Below are positions 51,498-64,000 of a stretch of 64,000 nucleotides of DNA, in pieces. A program made the translations under genes and the position numbers. A model generated the notes under the pieces. It was given only the letters and a program-made list of their open reading frames with translations. It had not been told where the DNA came from and ran no database searches. Numbering within the stretch: the first letter of the stretch is position 1; each line of letters opens with the position of its first letter. The stretch is from Camelus dromedarius. Lineage: Eukaryota. The DNA is taken from assembly GCF_036321535.1 (NCBI RefSeq), contig NC_087437.1, positions 75,456,001 to 75,520,000 of the forward strand. The letters run 5' to 3'.

Positions 51498-54149
51498 ATT
51501 AGCAGGTTTAATAAGTGATGATTTATAACGAATTGCTTTCTGGCAAGTCCTTGTGCCTAGGTACACCTGAATTAGTGGCTTTTCGCCCTTAGAATTTAAA
51601 GCTGTAGCTAACCTGTCCAGCTGGTGCAGAAGACAAGAAAGACTGCTGGCCTAGTTCTGCATGTACAGCTCAGTGGGTCATCTCCAAAGTACGGTGGTTA
51701 TCAGGTTGGCTCTGTACCAGTAAGCTTTCTGTGCAGCTCAGAGTCAATCCTGCCAAATAACTTTTGTTTGTAAAGCTCTATTGCTTCAGCCCTATCTTCT
51801 ATTCACAATCCATTTCTAAATTCAGGTCAGAAGATGTAAAAGTTCTGAGAAACAAGAGAGAGTGAAATACCTCAAATTTATCCTGACCTTCTAGGAAACA
51901 GGACTAAATCTTTGTATGGTATCCCCGTCATCCAGCAAGCTTACCATTTTTTCTGCCATTAAAAACATAGAATTTGAACACCTCCTATGGATCACAGGAC
52001 TGTAGGTCAGACAATCCCTCATCTCAGAAAGCTCAGTCTGGTACCAAAAGATAGATCGATTAGATGAACAAATAAATCAGAATACAGAGATACAGGCAGC
52101 AACAAGGACTCCCATGGAAGGAGAGGAAACATACTGGCGCTTAAGTGGGGACTGAGCATTGAGGAAAGCTTCCTGAAGCACCAGTTTTGAAAGACAAGGA
52201 GAAACTGGCATAAAAACTGGCCTGTAAGGAAGAGTAGAGGTAAGTGGGAGAGGGAAGAAATTCTAGGCATGCAAGAGAACACAGATGCAGCTGCAAGAGA
52301 GAACGTAAAAACCAAGCAGGCCACGCGGAAGAGAAAGTGCTGGGAAGGTGTGCAAGGGCTCAGTCACGACCATCCTTGTGAGCCACCCTAAGGAAATGCA
52401 AAGCTAATGCTGAAGTCAGATCTGTGTTTCAGAAGATGAATAAAAGGAGCCAGCTTGTAAGTATCAAGTAAGTAGATGTGACCGAAAAAACCTGAAAATC
52501 CAGGGTGACAAAGTGAAATGGATAAAGTGAAAAGGCCACTGTGACAGCCACTGGTACCATTCCCTTCTTTCTTGCTGACCAAACTCCTCCTCTGGCCAGC
52601 CCTGTGCAGGATACAACCACCTCTACTTAAAAGGAGAACCAAGAAAGGGCCCAGAAAAGGTAAATGAGATGACAACGACTGGTTCAGTGTGGGAGTAAGT
52701 CTTCTACGTTTGGGACAGGAGGAGCTGGGGTGGTGACCATTGTGAAGAGCTGGGCCTGGGTCGGGGGTGGAAGCCAGTCAGAATTTCCCAACTTTCCTGC
52801 AAATTGAGAGTTGAGCAGCGAACCGTATTTACCCCACAATGGAGTGTTGAACCCCAATTATATGTCTGCAAGTCCACATTTTCCTTCTAACTCTGAGACT
52901 AAAGGAAGTAGGAAAGTGTGGCCAGCCTCTTGCACTGCTTTGTATCCAAAATTAACTAGTAAAATCAAACTGAAAAAAACAAACAACAAACATTTTGATA
53001 CTGTTTTGCCCCACGGGACATGAAGAGAGGTCTGCTGGGAGGACTCGTGCGGAGCCCTCACGGCGGGGACAGATGCAAGTGCAGAGCGTGATGGCAAGCC
53101 CTTTCCCTCTGCTTTCGGAGCCTTGATTTGGTGCCTGGAGCTACAGCAGCCATCCTACAGAGAAAACACGTATGAGGATTAAAAAGTCAACAAAACAAGA
53201 ATGATAGAGCAGAAAGATGGAAAGAATCTGGGTTTGTAATAATAATTTTGAATCCTTGTACCCCCCCTTTTCTGTATTTTCTACCTTTAGACTTCCTGTG
53301 AATTAAATTTAAACTGCTATCAGTTGGGTCTTCAAATGTCTCCAAACATTCCAAAGTGACACAAAATAAAAATAATTCTTTTACCTGATGAAGTAAGCAG
53401 TAGGTTCCATTTTTGTCTACATAAATAAATCAATGAAAGAAAGACTCTCTCCTCCCACTACCACAAAACATTGAAAGAAGTTTGATCATCTTTTAACAGA
53501 GTAAACGCGGAGACATTCATTTGCTTGCTAGTGGTAGCAAAACCTTTTTTAATCCTGAAGCTAAAACAAACACTAGTTATGAGCCATTGACAGCTTGTAG
53601 AAAGTTTAATATGCCTATGTTTTTTACAGGAAGAGATTTCTAACAGCAGACTCACATTAACCTTAAACTTCCTGTTTCTTTTTAGTGTCGACATTAAAAG
53701 AAAAATACCGATTCTTAGCCAAAACTTTATCTTGCAGGTAACAAAAGTTTTCTGTTATATAACTAGGAAAGGGTTTGGCTAAGTATTTTACCCTCTAGGG
53801 TTCCTGTTTCCCCTTATTTCTTTCAAAGAAAAAATAGAGAAAATACTTGTTTTCAAGGATCCTTTAAAAAATAAGATTTTAAAGCAATAAAGTAACTTCA
53901 CAGTACACCACTAGGACTTGAATATTTGTAGAAAGAATAAGTTTGACATGCCATGACATAATTACGTATACTTCAATGTTGCAAGTTTGGTGTTGAATTT
54001 GTAAAGTTAAGACTAAAGAAGGGACAATATGAAAGCTTTAAGTTGGTCTTTTGACCTTTCAACTGCAGAGTACATGTGTTTGACTCATTTGGGCACATGA
54101 TTATATTGGTCCACTTTACAGACAAAGCCGACCAGACGATGCAATGACT

Positions 54150-56010
54150 GAGGCAGATCTGAATACTGAATGATGCCTGTGGCAATTCCTAATAGAAGAA
54201 TTGCAATAAAAGCTCCTAGATTTCCAAGAAAGGCTCCTCCCTTTAGCAAAGGATATTTCTCTGAGAAATTGTATCTAGGGGGATCAGACAGAGCAGAGTT
54301 TATGAAGAAGATACCTGAGTTTTAGATTCTAAGATCAGAGATCCAGAATCTACAACAAAGTGAAAACAGAGTGTGCCACCCAGCATTCCATCAAGCTCCA
54401 AAAGAACAAACAAACTGTACAAGCAGATTGCTTACATGCCCACAGAGCCTACCACACTGCTGTTTCATCCTCAACCAGAGCTCATGGCCTCGTGCAGGTT
54501 CCTTTAACAAGCTGCTGAGTACCAAGGACGGTTTTGCAGGATAAAAGCTGCCATGACCTGCAAGTAGACCCTGTAGGACTAGAGCCCCAGATGGGTAAAC
54601 CTGAAGGACCATGGAGAAGGGGAACCTCTGGTTCGGAAGGATATTGAGTAGCATGTAACATAGTTTTGGCCGAATGAAGATGAGGCCTGAGTCAGGCTCT
54701 GTACCACTTTTTGGACCTATTGGTCAAGGCTAGAAGAAGGCTGATCAGAAGACTGAGGAAAGGGATGTGGGTGCAGAATATTCAGAATGGATCCAGAGCA
54801 TAAGACTTCAGGAGCCCATTGAGCAAGCATGAAAAGGAGGCTGAGCTGAGCTGACCCGACTCCATCGTTGCCCGTTCACATGATTGAGAGCCTCTTCCGT
54901 GGTGAAGCTCTTCTGGCGAGTATTCACACGGAACCTGAGTGAGGCGGCCACAGCAGTAGGGAGAGAGCCTTTTTCCCTTCATCCCTTTTCCGCATCAAAG
55001 CAGACCAGGCTGTGCCGCAGCTGAGTGCTCAGTTTAGGGATCAACTCCCATCTCTGATGTGGCATCATACCCAGCAAAGACAAGTCAGCTTCTTGTTGGA
55101 TTCTATTTAATTACTTTCATTAGAAAAGGGGACAGCATTTCCACTGTCTCCAGGCCATGCCTGTCAAAACTGCCAACTGCAGACTTACTGAACACTCCAT
55201 ATTATCCATCCAAATTGGCTGTGGAGAATTCTTTGACCAAAAACAAAGAGAGAAGGTTGGGGACTAATTCAAATGTAATTCACTCTTTTATGTTCCCTAT
55301 CAATGAAGCAGCTACCTTCTAATGTGGCGAGATGGCCTCTAAGAACTTAGCCCTGCAATCCTACAGGGCATCTTCTTCCACCTGCTACTCGGCAGAGTAA
55401 GAGTTAGGCTCCGAGCCTGAGTTCTAACCCTGGGCACTGTCCTCCTGCAGTTAGAAGATATGGATCTAAGAGTGAGGAGGGATTGATGTGTCTAACAATT
55501 ACAACTGATTGACCCACTCTCAGAATTTCAATCAGTGTCCCTTTAGTGTCATTCATCCCCCCTTTTAGCTCTTAAGGGAAGTCTGCTTTTACCATGGACA
55601 AAGTGTGGTTCTTCTGAGCGAGAAGCTAAAACTGGTCATTTGGGTTCTTCATGCCAGGGGGCAAATAGCAGAAAAGTGGGATACTGTCCTGACTGGGACA
55701 AGTGACCATGCCTCATAAGGGGACCTGCAATTACTGCTGTACAATTAGGAGGAATATAATAGGAACTTGGTGGGTCCCTTTTTTTTTTTTTTATGTTCTG
55801 TGGAAGAGGTTAATAGGAGGCTATTGCCCCTCAATAGGCAAGACCACCAAGAACTAAAACAGCTCAGGAATCAAGGTTCAGGCTACCCTGCTAGGGAAAC
55901 AGCTGAGGGACTGGACCAAGGTGAGATCACAGAATGGGTAATAGAAAAAGGAAAATATAAATAGCAGGTTTAGGGATAAATGGCAGAAAGAATGACTATA
56001 GCCTGTGTCA
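54150..56010 (+). mobile_element. Heavily degraded ERVL internal region (RNase H/integrase/dUTPase to 3' end)
   Basis: Nucleotide motifs recall ERVL pol (cagcattccatca; atggcctc; cctgaaggac; caggaatcaaggtt; cagaatgggtaatagaaaaagg...tataaata); no intact ORF. Confidence 0.6.
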
Positions 56011-56136
56011 TGACTTAGAATAAAAGGTCTTCTGTTCTTTTCTATTCATACTGTGTGCAGAGTGTGTTGTTGGTGGCAAAGCATTTCTTTTGGACCATAG
56101 ACTGAAGCAGAATTTGAGGGGGAACATCATCTAAAG

Positions 56137-56436
56137 CAGAGCTACTCAAACTGGGGGGTCTGCTGGCTGGTGCCAGTCTGTGAGCTGTTGATTCCTGGTT
56201 CATGATAAAAGTATAGACATTGAGAATAAGTATTTAAAATTACTCTGTCAAATTAGGATCAAAATCTCTGTTGTTGTATGTGTGATAACAAAAAATCGAG
56301 GCTTGTACTTCATGTTCTTTTTAACTTCATTTTTCTAGCAATTCACTTTTATTACACCTTCCTGATGAATTTATCCATGACAAATTAGAAACAAAAATTT
56401 ACTGTTCCTTTTACTACAGATAGTTGAGAAGCACTG
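56137..56436. mobile_element. hAT-Charlie type MER (non-autonomous DNA transposon)
   Basis: TIR-like ends CAGAGCTACTCAA... and ...TTGAGAAGCACTG. Confidence 0.65.
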
Positions 56437-56899
56437 ATTTTAATGAGCATTGGCTTTGTCAAGTCTGTTATGACTCCTGGATGTGGCAGCTGTGTAGGAA
56501 AACTGTCTGGTTCACAGAACTTTAGCCAGTATGCAGTGAGGAGGAGTGGCAATAGATATGGTCCCAGATACTCGGAAGATAAAGGCAGCTGGGAATTAGA
56601 GTCATAACTAGAGGGAACAGTGGGCCAAGGAATGTTATTCAGTGCTTGTAGGCATGCGGAAAGAGGGAGAGTGGGGGGTGGGGGCGGTCAGGACAAGGGC
56701 TAGGGTCTAGGGAAAGATTAGAGGGACAGAGCTGAGAAAAGGAGGAAGTACCAGACGATAGATTTGAGAAAGAGGAGAGTAGATGAGAGAATTTCTATTT
56801 CTCAAAGAAGGTGGTAGCTAATCTGTGGAGAGTAAGGATTGGAAGTCAGCACAAGGAGAAGCAGAATCACCATTCCACAGTATATCAGGCTGGGCTGGA

Positions 56900-57720
56900 C
56901 ATCACTGCCTGAACAGATGGGGACATGGGCAAAGATACCTCACTTTGAAAAATCTTCCTACTAGCATTAGTTGGTATCTCTCTCTCTGCCTGAATTTGCC
57001 AGTGTCTTTACTGAACTCGGAAAAACCCCTAGGAGAATTTCTGGTTATACAAACAAATAGAACCGAGCAGAGGCTGACCTTCCAGGAAACAACATATGGA
57101 CAGCAGTTGCAATGAGAATCACCACCCGTTAAAAGCATAACATGCTGGGCAGCATTTCTGGGACTAGCGCCATCTTTTCTGTGGCTCACACTCCCGACAG
57201 GCAGACCTGCCAGGGCTCCAGCTTCCACAAGGTGATCTCATCCTTGGGATCCCATAGCATCAATTCCTTTCACCATAGAAGCAACTTCCTACTGTTTCCT
57301 GGGTTCCCTACTATCTTCTATTTGATTTTCCTACTTTTCTATCACCTGGTTGCCTACATTAAATTCTCTCTGTTGTAAATACTTGAAGTGGATGCAATTT
57401 TCCCAGAAAGACTCTATCTGCACTCACCCTAGTCCCTGTGGTACTATAATTAAAACAATTTCTCTGAGTATATTGTAGAAATGTCTATCCTTGACAACTT
57501 TTGGAGTCCCTAAATGAGCTCTCTTATCTCTTTTGTAAAGGCTACCTAGAGTAGGAAAGCCAAATGGTAACTATCTGCCCCCATACCTTCAAAACAGTTG
57601 ATCAAAAGCGATACAACATCCTAGGATATTTTCAAAGGCTTAAAAGATGTACATGTGGATATTCACACCTTATTCCCATCCAGTTCCCTGGTTTAGCCAT
57701 TGCAAAAATTGATGACAACT
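56900..57720 (+). mobile_element. ERVL-type LTR 3' part (to about 57425) followed by an ERVL protease/RT junction fragment
   Basis: LTR U5-like attaaattctctctgttgtaaatacttgaagtgg; then gtaaaggcta...gccaaatgg...atcaaaagcgatacaacatcc...gccattgcaaaaa resembling the ERVL pro-RT boundary. Confidence 0.5.
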
Positions 57721-58187
57721 GATTTTTTTCCCCAAAATATATCAAAAAAGGGAAAGAAAAAAAAAAAAACCATGACAACAACAACAAAACCCCAACAAAC
57801 AAAAAATAGACTATAAAGGCTGGCTCATCAATTTAACTCCTAAAAATTTTATGTTTGATTTGAGCCAAAGATTTCTGCTTGTCTGACTATTTCCTGAGCC
57901 CTGATTACTGCACTGCCTTTTGCTCTCTGACCACACCCACCTTAAGTCTGCAATCACTTGCCTTCAGCGTGATTCCTAACTCTGCTGAGTTTAGGGATCC
58001 CATTTTCACTGCATCTTCTTTGCAGTCCTGGGCAAGGAAAACAGTTAGCAATGTGCATTTTAAAAGAACTCTGCAGCCTGGCTCAGCAATCTGTTTCTTG
58101 TGGGAAAGAAGATTTTTCTGAGCTCCAACAGCAGAATAAAATGAGAAGTAGGTAGGCCAGACTCATACATATATATCCAAACTATTG

Positions 58188-58313
58188 CTTTTTTTTTGGT
58201 TTGTTTACTTAATTCTTTTAAAAACTTTTTTTTAAACGGAGGTACTGGGGATTGAACCCAGGACCTTGTGCATGCTATGCATGTGCTCTACCACTGAGAT
58301 ATACCCACTCCCC
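58188..58313 (-). mobile_element. tRNA-Ala-derived SINE (camelid vic-1-like)
   Basis: Same family as the 36946 copy: ctcagtggtagagcacatgcatagcatgcacaaggtcctgggttcaatccccagtacctcc on the - strand with an A-rich tail. Confidence 0.85.
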
Positions 58314-58655
58314 ACCCCAATACTTTTTTTAGTTCTTGCAGACTTTGAGAGCAAGGAAAATCCCAGAATGATAGAGGAGAAGGAATTCAATGTCACCTCC
58401 TGTAGGACAGCACTCAGCAATGGTTTGCACTCACCAGGCCATCAAACTTGAAATTAAAGCTGGCTGCCTAGGCTAGTTCATTGAATACAGGCTACCTGGT
58501 GAGTACTATTGCAATGATTTCAGCAGATTCGGATTTCTGAAATTTCCTCTGAAAATGTTTTCTTCACTGTATCCTCTAAGGCATGTATGTGCTGAATTTA
58601 AATTATTTTTTTAAATTTAGAGAACAATAATGAAAAGGAAAGGGATTGGGCCATG

Positions 58656-58842
58656 TAGGGTTGCCAGATAAAAATCTAGTTAAATTTGAATTCAGATAAA
58701 TAACTAATAATATTTTAGTCCGGGTATGTCCTAAACAATATTTGGGACATACTCATAGTAAAACAAATCACTCACTGGTTATCTGGCATTCAAATTTAAT
58801 TGGGAGACTTGTGTTTCTGTTTGCTAATTCTGGCCAACTCTG
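58656..58842. mobile_element. MER53-like palindromic MITE
   Basis: tagggttgccagataaaat...gtatgtcctaaa/tttgggacatac...tctggccaactct; extended internal inverted repeat. Confidence 0.8.
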
Positions 58843-61372
58843 CAGGTGAGGGCAGTTGGCATTAGCTTCTTTTAATATAAAGAAGACTTAGCTGCATTTG
58901 GCAGGAACTATAAGGAAGTGGCTAAGAACTAAGGCTGTAGAGGGAGATTGCCTAAATCGGAATCATGTCACCTCCACTCAATGACTGTGTGACCTCAGAC
59001 CAGAACTAGCCGCATCATTTTTGGGACCAGAATGCTTCATTAGCCTCCATTCTCTTAATTTTGGCAACAGCTACCTAGACACTCAGCTACGTACCCACAA
59101 GGAGATGCCAGGTTGCCTGAGGGTGAGAGGCTGATGAGATATTTGGCAACCACTCCCGTGAGCTTCTACATTTCTGTCCCAGAGGAATGGGTAGGGGGAA
59201 CCTCAATGCCTTTTACCCCAGTAAGGTATAACTTATATAAGGCTAATTCCAAATACTACCTTCCTCTAGATGTCATCGTATGCAACCCACCATCGGGATC
59301 AGTTAGGGGTTTCAGTTTTTGATAAGAAACAGAAAGGAACCCAGAATAACAAGCAAAATGTGGATTTAGGGGGAAGGAGTCAAAGTTGCTCACATGATTC
59401 AAATAAGGGCTGCACAAACCAGCTTCAGGAAGGACAGGAGCAGGAGCAGTGTAATGTCAAAACCCAGCTGCAGAAGCCTGAGCCCACCGCACCAGGTGCC
59501 TCCTTGAGACGGCCTCATCTTTCCTGCCTTTGTCAGGTTTCCAAGTCTTTTGGGAGGACCAGTTTGACTCCAGATGCTCCATTCCTGGATCAGAATGATT
59601 AGGCACAAGGACTGAAATCATGACACAGCCAGAATCTCTGAGGGAGTCGATATGAGCTGGGCACACACCCCAGTTTGAGTCTATTGTAAGCTTTGCCCCA
59701 GCAACCTCGTTAGGATTCCATTATAAGAAAATAATCAGAGATGTAATAGGTGTTTGGACAAAGCTTTCTGTTACAGTGAAGAACTGGAAGCAATTCAAAT
59801 GTCTAATAAAAGGGGGAAGATTAAAATAATGATATGGAGAAATAAAATACGGTATGTAAAGGTACATTATTGATGAGGTGATTTTAAATGCTGGATTGAT
59901 ATTTAATGTTATGAGAAGGTCCCCTATGAAATTTATAATGCAAGTCAGGATCTTACGATTCCTTTTTGCAAAAATCTGGCAGGAAATACACTAAAAAATT
60001 AAAACTCACTAGTCTCATCACACAGAGATCATTTTGTTCTTCATCGTCAAATAGTTTCCATTCTTATGTGAGTCTGGAAATTATTTTTTTAATTCAGATT
60101 TCTAATTGCTTATGAATCAAGTTGCAACATCCCTTTCAAAATGGCTGTTCTTAGTTTCTTTAACTAATCAAAAGAAACCAGCTAACTCAGTTTCCCAAAT
60201 GCATCATGCTTAACCCCACCAATTGTTTCCCTTGTCGTCAGCATCTGTGATTTCAAGATCCACAGAAGTGCCATGTGTTTCGTGAGATCTCAGTCAACTC
60301 CCAGTGATGTCACCTGCCACCACGCTTCTCTACATCTTGCTTGTATCACTCATTAAACCCTTTCACAGTTTTCTGTGGTTAATTTCAAAAGCACGGAACA
60401 GTTTTTAAATTTCACACTATTTTTGCCAGGGTAAATGAAGGGAAGGGAGGTAAGGAAGAAGGGTGCAGAAGCCGAGAACAGAAGAAAATAGGAATACCTT
60501 GAACTATTCTAGTTTAAAGATGCTGGAGGGTAAAGAAAATGTCGATAATTAAAATGCAATGTGATCCCTGATTAGGTTTCTTGTCAAAATACTGTGATGC
60601 CTAAGCTGCTGGTTTATGAATCAAACTTTAAGAAGTAATTATCTAAAGGGTATTTTGAGGACTGCTGGAAAAAATGAACTATATATTATTTAATACATCA
60701 GTGTTTCGTTCTTCAGTGTGGTAAGGGTTGGTGGTTATATAACTTCATTTGTAGGAGATTTGTATTAAAGTGTTTAGGGGTACAATGTCATAATGCTTGT
60801 AACCTACTTTCAAATGGTTCAGCACTAAGGTCATACACATATATATGTACTTGAGAAATAAAGAAAATTGAGTAAAATATCAACTGATGAATTTTGGTGT
60901 AAGGCAAACAAGTGTTCACTGTACTTGTACTTTTTTCTGATTTTGAAAATCTTCAAAATAAAAAAAACTCTGTTAAATGATAAATAAAAATAATGCATGG
61001 CCCTAAGCTATACCCTCACAGAGGTTGACTGAGTACATTTGGAGTAAATTGGAGCCTAAATTTTAACAAACACTCCAGAAAGTTCCACGACAGGTCATAC
61101 AGAGATCACATTTTGCAAACAGTGTTTTAGGTTTTAGTGGAGGGTACTGTTTGCTTGATGATTCACATCCTTGAAATGGCGAGGGTCTCCAGGTTTGAAA
61201 TGGTATATAAGAAACTCTGAGATCTAAGTTTGTTTTGCTAGCAGCCTCCGCCATCCTCTTGTTTCTCTAATAGCCTCTTTCCTTCCTTGGGCATCTTCCT
61301 CCCCATTCACAACATGAGAAGAGACTGACAGAGGTGACATCCACCGTCCCTTCCCTTTCACAGGCTGGCACC

Positions 61373-61944
61373 TATATTAGTTCTCTATGCTGCGTAACAA
61401 ATACCACAAATTTAATAGTTGAAAACAACACATATTTATTATCTCACAATCTGTGTGGGTCAGGTGTCAGGCACAGCTCAACTGCGTCTTTGGCTCAGGG
61501 GGTCAGCCAGGGTTGCTCCCTCACCTAAGGCCTGGAGTCTCTTCCCAAGCTCACTGACTATTGGTGGAACCTGTTCCTCGCAGCTATAATGCTGAGGCTC
61601 TCAGCAACTAGAAGCCACCCACCATTCCCTGGCCCCTGGTCCTCTCCACAACATGGCAGTTTGCTTCTTCAAGGCCAGCAGGAGAGTATCTTCCCTGCTT
61701 CAAGTTTCTGACCTTCTGTTAAAGGACTCACTGCTTTGGTCAGGCCCACCCAGAAGACCCTCTCTTTTGGTTACCTCAAAATCAACTGATTCGGGACCGT
61801 AATGACATCTGCAAAGTCCCTTCACCCTTGTTGTACATCAAGGCTGTGTCATATTCACAGGTCCAGCCCACACTCAAAGGGACTCATACAGAGTGTGCAC
61901 ACTAGGAAGACTTTCAGGGCCATCTTGGGGTTCTGCCTATTACA
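61373..61944 (-). mobile_element. MaLR solo LTR (MLT1E-like)
   Basis: - strand begins tgtaataggcagaaccccaagatggccc; flanked by GCACC/GCACC. Confidence 0.75.
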
Positions 61945-61949
61945 GCACC

Positions 61950-62448
61950 TGTGGTATCTAGCCTCTAAGATGGTCCTCAATCATCACTCCATTTCTTTGT
62001 ATTCAGACCTTTGTATCCTACACCGTATCAGGTTGGTCTGTCTAACCAATAGAATACTGTAGAAATGATATGTTACTTCTGAGATTAGGTTATAAAAGAA
62101 CTGTGGCTTCATTTTGGTATCTCTTGCTTTTTGCTCACTCACTTTAGGGGAAGCCACCTGTCATGCTGTATCAGTAGCCTTTGTGGAGAGACCCATGTGG
62201 CAAGTAACTGAATCTTCCAACAAACAACCATAGGAATGAGCTTGGGAGCAGTTTCTTCAGCCTTAGATGACTGCAGCCCTGGCCAACATCTTAACTGCAA
62301 TCCCATGGGAGACCTGCAGCCAAAACCATCCACCTAAGCTGCTTCTAGATTCCTGACTCTCAGAAACTGTGTGAGATGATAAATGTTTGTTGTTTTAAGC
62401 TGCTAAATTTTGGAATAATTTATTATGCATCCGTAGGTAACTGATATG
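61950..62448 (+). mobile_element. MaLR solo LTR (MLT1F-like)
   Basis: tgtggtatctagcctctaagatgg...gattcctgactctcagaaactgtgtgagatgataaatgtttgttgttttaagc; flanked by GCACC/ACACC. Confidence 0.78.
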
Positions 62449-63874
62449 ACACCTGTCCTAGGCCTGACTAATCCAGGAAGAGTGAAATATACCTGTGTCC
62501 ATCTTCTCTAGTAACACAGAAGAAGCACAAATGCAGTATGAGTTAGTAAGAGGAACAGACAGCAAAGGTAGGTTGGATGGTGCAAGGGCAGCAGTGGTGT
62601 TTTTTCAACCTCTGGATCCAGTCAAGAGTAATTTAGCGCCATGCCTGTTATTCCCTGTATTATGAGCCAATACATTTTTCCCCCTTTAAGTTCAGAGCCT
62701 TCCAAAGTACATTTAGTCCTGCTGAAAATATTTTGGTCCTCTTTCCATCCAACAAATGAGCATAAATTTATACTGATATGCAATGTAGTCAGCCCAAGGA
62801 CCGTAATTTGTTTCTCTTCCCCATCTCTTGATGGCTATGATTAGGCTGAAATCTGGTTTCTGTCACTTGCAACCAGGAGGTGTTCCGACTCAAAAAGCCC
62901 TCTGAAGAATTAGTTTCATGCCTCACTCTGGTCATTTTCTTTTCTTATTGCATCTTTTCCTCTGAGGCCATATTGGCTGGCCCTGAACCATATGTTAGGT
63001 CATGCTCCTCAGGTTCCTCAGAAATAAGTTCTATTTATTTGTGTTTCTAAGAAAGTTCCTATGGCATTTTCTCTCAGGAAAGCCTTAGCATGCTGAGAAT
63101 CTAGTGATTTGACTGAATGATCTACATTTATCCAGGATAAATTTCCTCTATAGTGTATGTATGGCATTTTGCTTCCTAACTTAGCTAATCAAACATTCTC
63201 TGGGTACTGAGCCAACTGTTCATGCTGAAGCAGCCTGAGCAGTCATTGTGAAGTGAAATACAATAAACAAATCCCACGCATGAATCAAGCTAAGATTCTG
63301 AGTTCTAAGATGCAGTTTCTCCATACTTGCCACTCTCAGTGCAAAGGAGTCTGTAGAGGCCACATACTGAACCCACTGTTCATTCTGCTTCCTCCCAATT
63401 GTGAACCACAGCAGTGAGTTTACACAAACTGGAACCTCTCTCAGTGAGTCCCCTCACCCACAGAATAATCCTACTGTGATTTTTCTCCTAAACAACCAGC
63501 ACCACTGCCAAAATGTGAGATAGATAATGCATTTTTAAATTTATAATCATTAAACAAAGTTGAGAGTCCTACTCCTAACTGCCCTTCCCCACATAATTCC
63601 AAATTATGCCATTTCCCAGAATAACATAGTACTCAGCGTCTAAATTCACCTCAACAGCATTATTTCTTACCACATCAATTTCTTTAAGTTAGCTTAGTGA
63701 CCACTCACAAAACTTACCCCTAAAAAACCTTTATTTGAATAATCCTATTAATGTTGTTTGCCCTTTGGCTCAATACATTCAGCATCCAGGAACTGAGCTA
63801 AGGGAGCTCAGAGAAATTGGCATAAACAAAAACTTGCATTTTTTTCCCCCTAAACAAAGTTCTCACTCTACCAC

Positions 63875-64000
63875 ATTGGTTAGGATCGGAAACCCTGGAA
63901 TCAGATTACTTGGATTCAAAGCTCAGCTTTTCCCTTTAAAGCCATGTACCATTGGCCAAGTTACCCATCTCTTCTCTGTCCATTTTACATCTGTAACATA
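63875..64000 (+). mobile_element. MIR SINE fragment
   Basis: ctggaatcagattacttggattcaaagctcagct...ggccaagttac...catctgtaa MIR core. Confidence 0.65.

Noticed and set aside
45000..64000. HHLA2 5' non-coding exons and promoter
   Set aside because: Several donor-like motifs exist, but none can be supported from sequence alone; no CpG island seen.

Overview
Mammalian genomic DNA, probably camelid (inferred from tRNA-Ala-derived vic-1-like SINEs). It holds two convergent spliced genes. On the + strand are the last five coding exons of a sarcomeric myosin heavy chain whose C-terminus and neighbour identify it as MYH15 (stop at 16758). On the - strand is a complete, apparently intact HHLA2/B7-H7 CDS in seven exons: signal peptide, IgV, IgC, IgV, TM and two tail exons (ATG 39473, stop 21039, about 407 aa). 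Most of the rest is transposable-element derived (L1, L2, MIR, SINE, MaLR/ERVL/ERV1 LTRs, hAT MITEs), and almost all short ORFs in the track are spurious or L1 debris. I see no evidence of a wholly new gene system. The most interesting signals concern TEs shaping HHLA2. An LTR33-like element contains an unspliced counterpart of a human HHLA2 tail segment. No canonical polyA signal precedes a same-strand, tail-less L1. There are competing terminal acceptors and altered cysteines. Repeat family names and human comparisons come from memory of consensus/reference sequences, not from searches. The HHLA2 5' non-coding exons and promoter were not located.
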